From NCBI GenBank assembly GCA_047495785.1, contig JBLDXI010000042.1:2046001-2110000 (forward strand): 64,000 nt of DNA, written 5' to 3'. Under the pieces are notes generated by a model that saw nothing but the letters and a program-made list of their open reading frames with translations, ran no database searches and was not told the origin of the DNA. The DNA comes from Lepidodermella squamata (taxonomy: Eukaryota; Animalia; Gastrotricha). Shown one piece after another: positions 36,398-49,484 of this stretch (within the stretch, counting starts at the first letter, position 1; every line of letters begins with the position of its first letter). A program made the position numbers and the translations under genes.

Positions 36398-36470
36398 AGT
36401 CTCGTGGCTTATTGGGTTAGCTCGCGACTGGTTGCACAGAGGTCCTGAGTTCGAAACAGAATTTTCTCAA
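36398..36470 (+). mobile_element. tRNA-derived SINE head or tRNA relic
   Basis: A-box TGGCTTATTGG and B-box GAGTTCGAAAC at tRNA-like spacing; no complete cloverleaf. Confidence 0.45.
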
Positions 36471-37353
36471 AACAGAAAGTTTACTGCCGCAAGCCTCGGT
36501 TCACGTGGACAGCACGCGGACAGCACGCAGACAAAAAGAGGGGTTAGTCATGATTGGTCAGAGGGGTGCCTGATAAAATCTGTCTTTTGGTTCCTTCTCC
36601 ATTCGCAGATATTTCGATATCCTTCTTAAATTTTGTTACATGAAAAGCGATCACATATTTTTCTGTTTCGATCACAGCTTTATCAACTTATGATAAACAT
36701 GAGCCGTTTAGCTGTTGCACTAAACCGAACCAGAATCATACGCGAAGCTCGCGGAATCGCTTGAAGTATTTCGCAGTAATTCGAGTAATGCTTGATATGC
36801 AACTCGATTGGCTCGATCCGTATAACTATAACTTGACCCACCATTCAAGTTTGGGCGTTTGGGATGGGGATTGGGATAGCATTTCACGATTTTCGCGCTA
36901 ACTTCCTATTGAAATACTACGTCAAGAGCAAAATGCCACGGAATAATAGTTACATAAGAAAACAATAATGCGCAGAAGTATAATTTACAAAGCGCATCCA
37001 CTTGGTCATTTTGGCTGGAATCTTATCTGTAATTAGGGCTATCAGGAATGCTTACGGCACTTCAAACCGATCTAGGCGAGAATGCAGAATAATTCTCAGA
37101 GTTTCAGAGTAAGTGAAGGCAAAAAATGGCGCGTACGGGTAGTTACGGGTAGATCTCTGAAGCAACTGGAGCGATTTGTTCTGCTTGGCAAGGCTAAATC
37201 AAAGCGCAGCTTTTTAGAGACAAACCTGATCTGCTCTGGGGTTTAAAATGTAACACTTAAAGAGCTTAATTAGTCTCCAATAGATGTAGACATTCTTCGT
37301 TTTGAGAGGGAAGAAAACAGCTAAACCAAACATCGCCTCACTACTCCGTAGTT

Positions 37354-37528
37354 GTGAGCGTCGTTGAATAACTCGGATTCGCTTGTTCTTGCCAGTTACA
37401 GACAGTTGATGGGTGACAAGTTCCCCTCTTCATTCACATAAAAACGCTCCAATTACCTTTCACTTGTCACTATTCATCTTGTAACTGACGTATACAAGCC
37501 CAAATCCGAGTTATTCAACGACGCTTAC
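37354..37528. mobile_element. ~175-bp foldback MITE
   Basis: GAGCGTCGTTGAATAACTCGGATT / AATCCGAGTTATTCAACGACGCT; no TSD identified. Confidence 0.7.
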
Positions 37529-37709
37529 GCTCCCATTTCTGTGGCTTGTTAATTTAGTAATCGTTAGTTACATGTTACATGGTCAGCTAGATACCCAATG
37601 GAGTATCGCCATCATCTTTTCTTGAAAATTGTTACTTCAGTTAAAAGTGATACACTTTCAGAAAACTTTAAATATCGCTTGTTTCCTAATCGCGACACTT
37701 CAAAGATTA

Positions 37710-38140
37710 CTGTATTTACTTGAATAAAGGCCGCGGCGATTATTTTCCTAATTTTTAAGAAAAGGTAAAAAAACGCGGCGATTAATCGAGTGCGGTCTTT
37801 AATCGCGTGCGGCCTTTATTTTCCTCTCTTAGCCAAAAAAAAAACGATTTTTTTTCAAATGTAACTTGTCTATTTCATTATTGTCGCTCAATTTCGATTT
37901 CATCTTCTTCGTTAGGATCGGTTTCGGCGTCATTTTTCGCATTTTCGGCGTCATTCGGAAAAAATATTTGAAAATTGAAAATAATAATTAAACATTTTCA
38001 CCTCTCGCGATGATGCTGTGCCGCGCATGTTAGAGCTGCGCTGATTAATCGCGTGCGGCCTTTATTTCGATTGTTTTTTTTTTAAATAACACAATTTTGC
38101 GGCGATTATTCGCGTGCGGCCTTTATTCAAGTAAATACGG
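37710..38140. mobile_element. TA-flanked MITE related to 34376-34795
   Basis: TIR C(T/C)GTATTTACTTGAATAAAGGCCGC; shares the GCGGCGATTA internal motifs. Confidence 0.85.
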
Positions 38141-39186
38141 TATTCGCTAACTCCCAGGGACGAGATCTACTTTCAACAAAATTAAGTGTTCATAAATATC
38201 ATTTATAATTTTTCGTAGAAATCAGATTAACTTTCTATTGCGAATGGGTCATTCCTAAAATAGTTGGTAATGATTCATTAACATCTTATCGCAATATCTC
38301 CGAAGCTTTTGAAGTAGAAATAAGGCATCATTCATCCTATTAGCTGTTGTATTAAATTTTAAATTCTGCATTGTTGATAGGTTTATTTTACTTCAACGTG
38401 TACTCGAAGTCTCTCCTTCAGATATAGCTGATTGGATTTTGGAAATTGGTCGGGAATCGAAACTGGAAAATTGGCGAAATTCCGGTAAAAGGTCGTTACT
38501 CTACTATTGCTGAGTGCTGGCTATTTCGATATATTCAGCCTGTTGTCGACATTTTTGTTGAAACAAAGTTTGATGAATTATTCTCATGGTATCATTTCAT
38601 TTGTTCATTTTCGAGTATTTCGCTGCGTTGAAAATAAAGATGCAGAGCAACGGGTCACGGCAGCTCGTTTTTGCTACCAGTAAAATCTTAAATCGAAGAA
38701 TTATTCCAGAATAGCAGGAAAAAACTTTGAAAAGTCATAGAAAGGATAAGCCAAGAAGCAGAATTTCTCTATTCTCTTCAAGAGTCCAAGAGCGCAAGAT
38801 AGCAATCCCAGCTAATGGCAATTTTATAGCCCTTGAACCGAAGATAGTAATTTTGGATGCAACCGCTCCGCAGTTGTAAACAACCGCAATTTAGCAGTAT
38901 AATGATATATAGAAATATACGCTAGCACTGGCGGTCCCTTACGCCGCAACACGAACGATTTGCGGTATCATGTACGCGCCTGGCTACAAGTACAGCCCTT
39001 TAAATGGAAAAGTCACATTTAGAATATCACTTAAAGAGTCATTTTTGAATTGTGCATGTTTATTTAGAGTGTATTTAGCCATAGATTTTGTAAATGAAAA
39101 TTCAAATGAAAACATAACCGAAGCCTTAAAAAATCCGTGAACAATCCTTAAAGAAAAACTAGATTTATGACAAATTAAACGGTTCA

Positions 39187-42100
39187 TCAAGCCATAGGTG
39201 CGACTACTCGAGACGTAACAGGCCTCGAGGATTTCCGACCCGTGCCCGTCCGGGTTCGAAAAGCCGACGAAGCAGCCGATGCTCGGGCGCTTTTCGTTCG
39301 CGCAGAGCTCTTCGCCCGAGCCGACTTGGCACGCTCCTCTCCTTCGCCCTCGTCATCAGCAGCCTCTTCCAAATCTTTAGTCTCATCAACGTTCTTAATC
39401 TCAGCCTCACGCGCTGCTTGCTCGGCTTCTTTTTCTTCTTCATGCGCCTCCTTCATTTGCTGCGTTTTCTCCTTGTCTTGCTTGAACTTTTCTGACAGCC
39501 ATTTGATCTTCTCTGCAACCTCGTCTTGCATCATTTGAAGGCACATAGAGACAAGGGCCATCCCAAATACGAGAAATATCCCTGTTGTCATTAAATAAAA
39601 AGATTGTTCAGTAATTTCTAATCAAGTCTCTATTTGTTGAAACTAATATTTGGTGACGAAACTTACATGTGACACACATTTTCCCCTGGCTTTTGACGCT
39701 AGTAGCATCGGTAAAATCAGGCACCAAGTCGCCAAACCCAATCGTAGCAAGGGATACGAAGGAATAGTATGCTGCCTCGAGGAAGGTCCAGTTCTCGTAA
39801 TTCGAGAATATAACAGCCCCCATCAGCAAACTGAGGGCAATGACAACCAGTGAGACAGTCAAAGGAATATTGACTTGAGCCTCATCTTCAAGCTCAGAGT
39901 CGGAATCTTCGGCCAACACACTAGGCCCATCGCCGACTGGCTTGCCCTCTGCATTGACTCGCCACATGATAGCTGGCGGCTTGATGCGGACACGCGCCTT
40001 GCGATGACGCACGCAGCACCCGCAACAGCAAACGATATTGTATAGCCACTTGAACATGCTGGCGAGAACGTTGCCGACTGAAGCTAGGGCCATGACCATG
40101 ATGGGAAGGCCGACAATCGCATAAAACATTACCTAGTTCGAAATCATCGGAAAAGTCCGGTTTATTAAATGTTTCAAAGACTTTTTTCTTAGAAAATATA
40201 CCTAGTGGAGTTAAATCTGTTTTTCAGGCAATTTTGCAGTTTTGGAAATTTAATCCACCTCTAGCTCGTTCAATTTAGGGTTTCCTAATTAAATTTTTCC
40301 AAATATTGAGGAAATCCCAGTCGAACGCGGGTCACATTTCGAAACGAAGAAGTTATATAAATGTCATATGCCAGTCACATGATAACTTTTTTGTTATACC
40401 ATTTTCATATAACATGTCGTATGCCGGCCAAGTGACAACTTTTTCGTAATACCATGTTCATATTACCTTCATGTCACAGTTATTTGCAGCATACTTTTGA
40501 TATGATTTTCGTACTATAAGTGAGCATGACATTGGTTACGCGCAGGAATATGATTTTTATTCATCACAGTCAAAACCCTGTAGGCCTAGGTTAGGGACAT
40601 TTAGGTATACAGTGAAAATCAAAAGTTACGCACGGTCAGGAATTTGTTGAATTGCAATTCAACGAATTCCTGACCTAGAAATCCTGTCTTAGATAGTTAT
40701 ATATAGGATTGACTGCTTACTCACGAGAAAAGGGTGCTACGCCACCAGCCCAGGCCTAGGCCGGGTATCGGGTATTTCAGGACTCCGAAAGCCCTCTGAT
40801 AGGTCTAGTGGGAGTTTGGTCGAAGTGAAGCAGACCTAGCTGGGCCTTAGGTATCCAGGCCTGAAAACACCAGACCGGAAATAGGCCTGTTATTTTATGA
40901 GGCATTTTGTTCAATTGTCTTCCATTAGGCCTATCAATACTATCATGAACCTAGGTTACCATTCCCGGGAAAATTCCACGCCTATGATGGCCGGTGTAGC
41001 CAGACCCTAGCAAAATTTCTCGACAATCTGCGTACTTGAAATGAGTTTCTAATGCATAAAACTTAGAATTCCGGTATTGATCCGTTGAGATGAAAATGTT
41101 GGCTTTTCAGGCTATACCAATAGGCTATCCCTCGTTTGGCTCATTTGACTATATGTCCTACTTGGAAACCGGTTTCACCATTAGAATCCCCACGTAAAAC
41201 TACAGTCGGAAACATTTTCAAAATAAAAAAATAAAAATAAAAATATAGCTTACAAAATGACCGATATCATGACCAAAAATTGTTGAACAACTTTTGCGCG
41301 ACTCTCAATTACTAGTAAAATGTAGTTCGAATTTTCTGCCAACTTACAACAATTCGTCCCTCCACTGTCCTAGGTGCGATTTGGCCGTATCCTATGGTCG
41401 ACACGACGGTAAGGCAGAAGAAAAAAGCGCCCATCCAGTTCCACAGCGGTATCATCGTGTCGCAGTCACGCGTGTCCCAATTCGAGTCTTGAAATTTCAC
41501 GCGCAATTCGTCCATCGTCTTTGAATACTCCTGACTGCGCTCGTCATCGGACAGTTGAAGATTCGACGATAGGAAATCAACCTTCTTCACAGCAGCTTCC
41601 AAAGCAGTTCGGTAAACGTCTCGTCTCTGCAAAAAGGCAATACACACAGTTATCACAGTTTTGATACTCGCGATTTGATCAAAACTTGAATGAAGCTAAA
41701 ATCACTTCAATCAGAGCTTCCCGTAGAAAACAAGGAGATCAAACCGAGATCAAACAAGGATTACTCAGTTCAGAAGTTGATCTCAGACCGCTGATGTTTT
41801 CCAATAAATTGCATGCGATCGAAAATAATTTGATCAAACTTTGATTTGTTTCCGTTATTCCGAAGTTGAATATGAAAGCCGATAATAGGACTTACTGATT
41901 TGCATTCGGCAATTTCGTTGGGCGCCTCAATTTGGTTGAAAATGAAACCTCCAAGGGCGCAATACAACGCAACGGCTATGATGAGGGCTGCATTTGTGCC
42001 GACGAGCTTGAGAACACTCAACGCCTCCTCCTTGCACTTCCGTCGCTTTGTCTCATCGTCATCGCTCGCGTCGTCGATTTCAACGGCCGGCAGAATTTGC

Positions 42101-42198
42101 TCAGCTGCGACGGCTGGCATGGCCGAATCGAGCGCCGACTTGGCCAGCTCCTTCTTGCTGTCATCTACTGGCTGTATCTCAGGCTCACCCGCCGTCAT
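39187..42198 (-). CDS. Two-pore domain potassium channel (K2P/TWIK family); exons 42198-41896, 41626-41348, 40132-39667, 39581-39187
   Basis: GGFIF..IE..NE, WNWMGAFFFCLTVVSTIGYG, YAIVGLP, ENWTFLEAAYYSFVSLATIGFGDLVP; canonical splice sites. Confidence 0.95.
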
Positions 42199-45027
42199 CT
42201 TGTTATTTCATCTTTAAACATAGTCGAATAAAATACTGCACAAAGAAATGTTTTTTTTTATGTATTAAGGCGCCGTGAAACAAAAGGCGCATCGATTGGC
42301 GGGTCTTACAGCTGCGGCGTTTGTTTGGCGTTGCTTGGGATCGAGTGCGAAAAAACGTTCGCTTAATCGATAAACATAGGCGAGATGTTTTCGCGAATCC
42401 CTTTATCGATGCCTAAATTGAGACGTGATAGGGAAGAAATGCGTGCATGGTTTGTTTTGAACATGTTGTTGGTAATAAAGTCAGCAAAATAACAGAGAAA
42501 GGAAGCCACTATTTCCAGCTTCATTTGAAATATACGTAGAAGAATTTTGAAATGTAATAACTAAGTTAATTTATACTCTAAGTTGTAATAAGTACGCAAA
42601 CCTTAAGGCTCAAAGTGCTAAATTATTATTTGTGTTACAAAATGGCAACCTAGCAACTAGCAGCGCTTTGCGTGAAGGTTTCAGATCCGCGTCCATCGCA
42701 GGTTAGGGCTAAAGTTCCGAAAAACAACTTGAAGTCTTGATCATTTCCTCAACTTTCAATCAAAGGGATTCATTTCTCAGCATTTATTGTCTTGAAAGTG
42801 TTTCAACCCGTGAAATCCTGCTCCATTATTCCAATGTTATTTTGCTTGAAATCAATGATCATCAGCTGTTGTTCCAGAGAGATGATAGACTGCTCACTCG
42901 ACATCAATAACATGCATCTACAACGCTATAGGAGCCATATATCAGAGGATCAATTCATTGGCCTCGAGTGCAATACCATGTATTACAATTTTAAAGCGAT
43001 CGATAACATAAATCGCTGGTGCCAGCGTTTCGATTGCTGGCTCCAGTGTTGGGCTTCGGGTCAGCTAGACTGAGAAACACCCGATTTTATATTACAACAT
43101 ATTCCCAGGTAGCATTTTAGAAAAGGTCGATAAGCGACCGAGAATTAACCGAAAATGTGTGTCCTGCGACGGTGCGACGCGACGAGGACTATATAACAGC
43201 CATTCGCAACGCATTTCAAACTTGACGCGACGCGTTCTGTCGTCACTGTATTCACATTTCGCATCCAGATCAGAACCGGACAGGCAACTCTCTGAGGTCG
43301 CAAAACAATGATCCGACACTACACTCGCTGTCGTAAAGCTATTCACAAGGAAGCTCACAACAGAAACGACACAGAAACGGCAAGTCACTGTTTTCACATT
43401 TCGTATCCAGACCAGGATTCGACAGCCATTTTTCAAACAAAACCTGGCGGCTGGCGATGTTATGGCTGACTATATTTATCATAGCTATCTTTCGATAGTT
43501 CCGGCCACAAGACAACGAACGAACATTCCAGAGAGCGAAGTAGGCCAGCCGACCTGATAAGGATAAGGAAAATCGATACAAGGTTCCCCTGAGTGATATT
43601 TAACTTACCGCTGTCACCGTCATGAACTTATAACTTACAGGTACTTAGAAGTTTGCCTTAACTTTGTCTCTTAGTGCCGTGAGGCGTAACTCTTGAGCCT
43701 ACCGTGAAGAAGCTTCCATTGCCTTGGTTCAGCTTCAGTCCTCGCCTGCCCGTGCCCGGAACTCTGAAATCTAAGTAAGCACCGCACTCGGGCCGCCGGA
43801 CCTACTCTCATGCTCATACTCTTTATTTACACAAATTGCCTTTCCACATTTAGCATTAGGTATCAGACATCATCACAAGGCTTATGTGTCAACTATTCCG
43901 TTGTTAGAGCGTATGAGTCAGCAATCGTTTATTCCGATTCCGAATCTGATGAAAATGGATCGCCTCCCAAGAGAAGACCGATCGTTTCTGCTGTACCTAG
44001 GCCGAAATCCGTTGCTGTTAACCGGCAACTTGACTCATCTAGTTCCTCGGCGTCTACTTGTTCATCAGAGGTGTTCGTTGAACCCAAAAGTGAAATACCG
44101 ACTCTTAATCTAAAACTCTTAATTGAGCTATCTTACAACAATTTTCCATGCAATTACTGGAAAATTCCCAAAAAATCGGACGGGGATAAAAGTTGTATAT
44201 TTCGATAGCTTAGTCCATCCAGATAAAGAAAATATTTTCTGATCAAATTTTAACAATTTTTTCGCCCCGACATAATCGACAAATTTCGATCTTCGCAATT
44301 TTGTGACTTACTTTGCGAATATCTAGATGGCCTTGCAAAGGTCCTAGGAAGTCGAGCCTGGTCTCGTTTAAAAGAGCGGAAAAAGTTGTTTCAGGGCACA
44401 AGTTACCAATAAATTACAAAAGTGACGTTTTTCAAAAAATCGATTCAAAAATGGGTCGATTTTACATGCATTTAGCTAGGCGCACATGGCTCAAATAAAA
44501 CGCCAAAAATGCGGCTTTGCACATGGTGACCTTTGCACCTTAAAATTTTGACACTATGGCAGGATCGTAAGCTTCCGATCTTTATTATTATCTATGGCTG
44601 AGATAATAATACTTGATCCACACTGATAGGCGCGAGTTTTTCGAGTAGAGAAAGTCGCCAGGTCGTTACTTCTCTTCCAGTAAATACAGAAAAGTGAAAG
44701 TTATCGTAATGGCAATGCCAAAATACTTTAGCTGGACAGCTAACTTCGTCATGGCAAATTTCCCAAGCTTTATGCGCTGTATACGATTCCACGAAGTTAC
44801 TAGTCTTCAGCATTGACTTCCATTGTTTTGAAGAGAAGTAACTTCAAGAAAATAGGAAAATATTTTTTTAACATCAAATTTACTTTTTTCAACATCAAAT
44901 TACTTTTTCTATCGTCAAACTCTTTTTTCGACGGCAAATTTCAGAAATTACTATTTCATTGGGAAAAATATACTTTCATGATGAAGTTGTGGATTTTAAG
45001 TGTTATGTATAACCTCGGGTGATAATA

Positions 45028-47181
45028 GCGGGGTCCACACTCGTGCCAGACCAACGGAAAAGGGTGATCATAATATTAGCAATTGATTTTTTGCGCGCGA
45101 TTTTTTTGCGCTTGCAGAAGACACGTGCTGCGCGAGAAAAGTCGCCTTAAATGTCTGAATTTTTAAGGCGAACAAGTGCTACCGATGCGGTACTCTTCGT
45201 TGGGATGATACATGCCCAGGGTGTGAGTTGAAAATCTCTCTCGACATTGGCAATGCCCGCCCTAAAGACAGGGATCACATGCGGTTATTCAGTGTAGCGC
45301 AACGGCGTAAAACGTTCCGGCGGCTTAACTTTGGAGGGCCCCGACTAATTTCACTCATTTGAGTCATTGTCTTCGCAAAAATAAGAAACAGAAAATTATC
45401 CGGACAAATATTTAAAAATTCAGTTATTTTTGGCGAAAAATCAAATATTTGTCCTTAACTTTGCAAAATTACGGCTAACTCAATTTTCCATAATTTTATG
45501 AACGGGTTCGACAGCTATAAACTACATTCTTCGTCCAAATTTTCTGTTATCCGCGGCACGCCGACAATGAGCGACGCAGAAACCCGCACACGCGCGATGT
45601 TTGACTACTTCATGCACGAATTTCTGGGACATCCAGCTCATCGTTAGGCCCAATTGCGCAAACGACTGCACTCGCTTTTTCTTGAATTCTCGGAAATGAC
45701 TGATTAGGTTTTTTCGTGATTTCGTGACATTTTTCTGATTAACAAGCTGTTGTTACTCCTGTTGTAGCGATTAATAAATCGGTTTTTCTAATTTTTTCTT
45801 TTTATGTAGACGATTGACAATTTATTTAATTATGATGGACGACGATACAGCTATTGCTGTTGCTTTCACAATTTTTTCGGCCGCTATCGCAATTGAATTC
45901 AAGCAATCCTGAGCACCTTCGCGAATACGTACGATTCTGCCCCGAAAATTTTCGGCGTCTTCTATCCTTAGTCGTGCCGTTCATGCCGACTGTGTCTCGT
46001 TTCGGGCGGCGGCCGGTCTCAAGCTGGTCTCACGCTGCGATTTCTAGCAACTGGCGATTCACAGCGTGATATAGCAATACAATTTCACCTGAAGCCATCA
46101 ACCGTTCATAAGATTTTACGGCATACTCTTCGCGCAATTTCGGCTGCTCTTTTTCCTGCTTACTTACCGCCGCCGGACGCCGAAAAATGGCGTCAAGTCG
46201 CAGCCGAATTTTACACCAACTGGCAGATACCGTACTGCATTGGCGCAGTCGACTGTAAGCACGTCACCAGAGACTGTCCGACAAAGAGCGGCAGTCACTA
46301 CTTCAATTACAAGGGCACTTTTTCGATTGTCCTCATGGCCGTTGCTGACGGCTAATTACCGTTATCTGCTTGTTGACATTGGTGTGTCGGGTCGTTACAG
46401 CGACGGTGGTGTTTAGCAGCACAGCGACTTACCTCGTCATATTCAATCAACAATTCCCAAGGTAGGAAAATTGAAAATAATAACCTTGAATTCTTATTAT
46501 TTTTTTGTAATTTTAGGATCGAATGTATCTTCCGGGTAGCCGTCACCTCGCGAATTATTTTCTAGTCGGCGACCCTGCGTTTCCGCTTGGCTGGTGCTTC
46601 ATGAAGCCGTTCAGCAGCGGCCATGGCCTTCCGCATTTGCAAAGTATTTTTAACTATCGCCTATCACTAGCACGTCGAGTTGTCGAAAACACCTTCGGCA
46701 TTACTGCAGCGCGCTGGCGTATTTTTCGCCGACCAATCTTGGCCAAACTCGAAATGGCGATCGAAATCACCAAGGCCGTCGTGGCTCTCCACAATTTCGC
46801 GATGGAACACGAGTCCTCCTATCGACCACCCGCCGCCGATAAACAACCGCACACAAAGAACACAGGATTATTCGGACTTCAAACTGTTTTAAATTTAGCT
46901 CGGTTACCTCGAGATTTTGCTGTTGACTTACATGCTACATCAGCTTATTGGTTAGCGTGGGCAAAGTTCCGTGGCAGAATGAAAGAGCATTTTATTATAA
47001 TGAAGAAATGAAGTACTACGACGAGGAGGAATAAAATAAGGCTGCTTCTATTACAATTTCTGATTATTTCGCACAATGGGTTTGTCGCGCGACAGCGTGT
47101 CTCAACCGTGACTATCTATGTGTGTCGCTCGGCTGTTTCAGCGCGACAGTGCCGCCGTGTCGCCGAGTCTGTGAACCCACC
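45028..47181 (+). pseudogene. Second Harbinger element; transposase pseudogene at ~45900-47010
   Basis: LRFLATGDS, IPYCIGAVDCKH, YFNYKGTFSIVLMAV, GDPAFPL, ARRVVENTFG, ALHNF broken by frameshifts; tentative degenerate TIRs GCGGGGTCCACAC / TGTGAACCCACC|TTA. Confidence 0.8.
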
Positions 47182-48533
47182 TTAAAGCTATGAAAATTAA
47201 AAAAAAGATGATTATCTCCAGAACTGTGATAGCTATGAAAATTCTGAAAACGGGATTGAGTTGCCCGTGCAAACTTGTAAGTCGCATTTTGCGATCAAAA
47301 GACGCGGCTTTCCGATTCCATTGATGAAAAATAATTTTTTTAAATTTTCCGCTCAACAATTAAAAAACCGGAAGTGATTTTGCGATATTTTCGTTAGTTT
47401 TGCGAATTATGTAGAAATATTTGACTTCTAGGGGTAATCTAAGGCGCTGAACACGCCGAACGCATCTGTTTTTACACTGGAAGTATCAGTAATCGAATAT
47501 CGATTATCGATTATACAGTGGATGATTGATTTTTGTTGGAATTTGGCCGAATCTTACTTGGCAAATGATCCTTCACGCTAAGAATCAAAGCTGATTATAT
47601 TAACCAATGCAACTCCTGATCTTGTAGCTGAACTTTGTGCCAACAATTTCAGCTAGGACGACATATTCCTGGTGATGTCTTACTATCTAACCGTCGGATT
47701 TGTCTGTTTACTTAAAACTGCGGTTTTTATTGAACTTGAAAAAACCGGTTTTTACCGGCACCGGTGTAAACTGGTAGGAACTGGTTTGAGTTTAAACCGA
47801 ATACCCTGGCTGCACGGAAATGTACGCTATGTTTTGCACCTAAGAAGCTCGAAGCCTCCAATAATCCTAGAAAACTTTTATTTTCGTGAAGCTCTCGTAA
47901 TGTCGTAATCTCGTACAGCTCATTCACCTCGTGAAATCTCGTCTCCACTCGTTCCGTCTTGATTTCACTTCTTTCTTTCGTTATACTCGATCTCAAATCA
48001 CTCAAATATAGATTTCTACTCTATGTTATACTATGTTATATTATGAGGCGTCGCCAATTCATTCAATAGCTGTTGCAAAATGACCTTCTTGTAAAAAAAT
48101 ATTAGCTCTCGGAACGTGTAGGAATGCGATAAAGCATTCTATTTTTCCAAGAAACTATTTTGCCAGTGGTCATTGACTTTACCTATTACCTAGCTGCTTT
48201 TGATGCGGGTTATTGAACTGCAGTGTTTAGGAAAAACCGCCGTTCAATGTGTTTGTGATCGAACGTGTTTATTTATCGTTAATTAGTCGGTTCAAAACAG
48301 ATTTGTGTGTTTTTCATCAGCTCAGCTAGTAAGCACTCATTAGCTTAAATTAGTCGATTTACGACCTCTGAGGTGAGGCGCCGAAACTAACCCATTGATA
48401 ATTGTTGTAGAGCTAACTTCAAAATAAAGTCAGAATTCAAGGTATTCTATTCACTGTTCCCTTGATATGCTGATACGACCATGTCCAGAGACAGAAGCAA
48501 TTCGATCATTTTTTTTAACAGACATTCAAGTTA

Positions 48534-49484
48534 TCAATTGCCGGCACCGCATACTTCCATGAATGCCACACCATATATGTTTTGTTTATTGGCGCCCGTT
48601 TTTGAGGGAGCGGCTCCTAAGGCGAAGCAGCAGGCCTGGAATGTATCATGAGAAAATATCGCAACACCCGTCTGTTTAAATATATGACGCAATGCATACA
48701 ATTAAGCAACAACTTGCGTGCTCACCAATCCCCCGGTTGCAACGGTATGATCATCTTGCGCAGCTGTGTGGGGGAAACGAACACACGTGGCAGGACTTGC
48801 TGGAGAAGCAGTCCAAGATGTTATTTTGTAGGCAGCCAATGTAGTTGCTCCGATGCATATCGAAGCTCCAGCAGAATTGTCCAGTTTTTGGAGGACTTCA
48901 TATCTTATATAAAGAGCCTTAGAAGCTGTCTGTGTGGCTGCGCAACATTCGGGGTAACTGGAGAAACTGTTTGGCATATCAGTAGAAGCCTAGCCACGGA
49001 AATTGATATAACAACTAATATTGTGGGAATTCATATTACTGTAGCACCAGATGCTGTCAAATAAGCGGTACACGAAGCTCCGGCGACACTTTGACAAAAT
49101 TTGACGGTTTGAGCCAACCCAGGACCAACCCCATTAGTTTTCATTGTGCATAATTGGTAAGTGGACTAAGAATGGAAAAATCATCGAAATGTTAATATAT
49201 AGGGATACAACAGAATACCACAGATGCCGAAACTTGGCACTTATGGCGCACTGATTGTCGGTTTTTGCGATACAATTCTTAGCGGTTGTGTCGAAAACGT
49301 TACCAGTCTCTGTGCAGGTTTGTCCTGTGGGGCAAGCGCTTGGGCAAGATCCGGAAGGGCTGGGAGAGGCGGAAGGGCTTGTGCTGGTTGGGCACGGAGT
49401 ATTCGTCGTCGATGATGGAGGGCAAGCTGTCACAGCGGTACAGGCGATAGCACAGGCAACGATAGCCAGCGTAAGGAAAGTCAT
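48534..49484 (-). CDS. Paralog of the 32011-32964 secreted Cys-rich protein
   Basis: MTFLTLAIVACAIAC.., KNCIAKTDNQCA, YKITS..CVRFP..GGL shared, with similar intron placement. Confidence 0.75.

Noticed and set aside
43810-44290. Possible piggyBac-like transposase relic (acidic/Ser-rich start, F..FF motif)
   Set aside because: Too short and degraded; no TTAA-flanked TIRs or catalytic motifs found.
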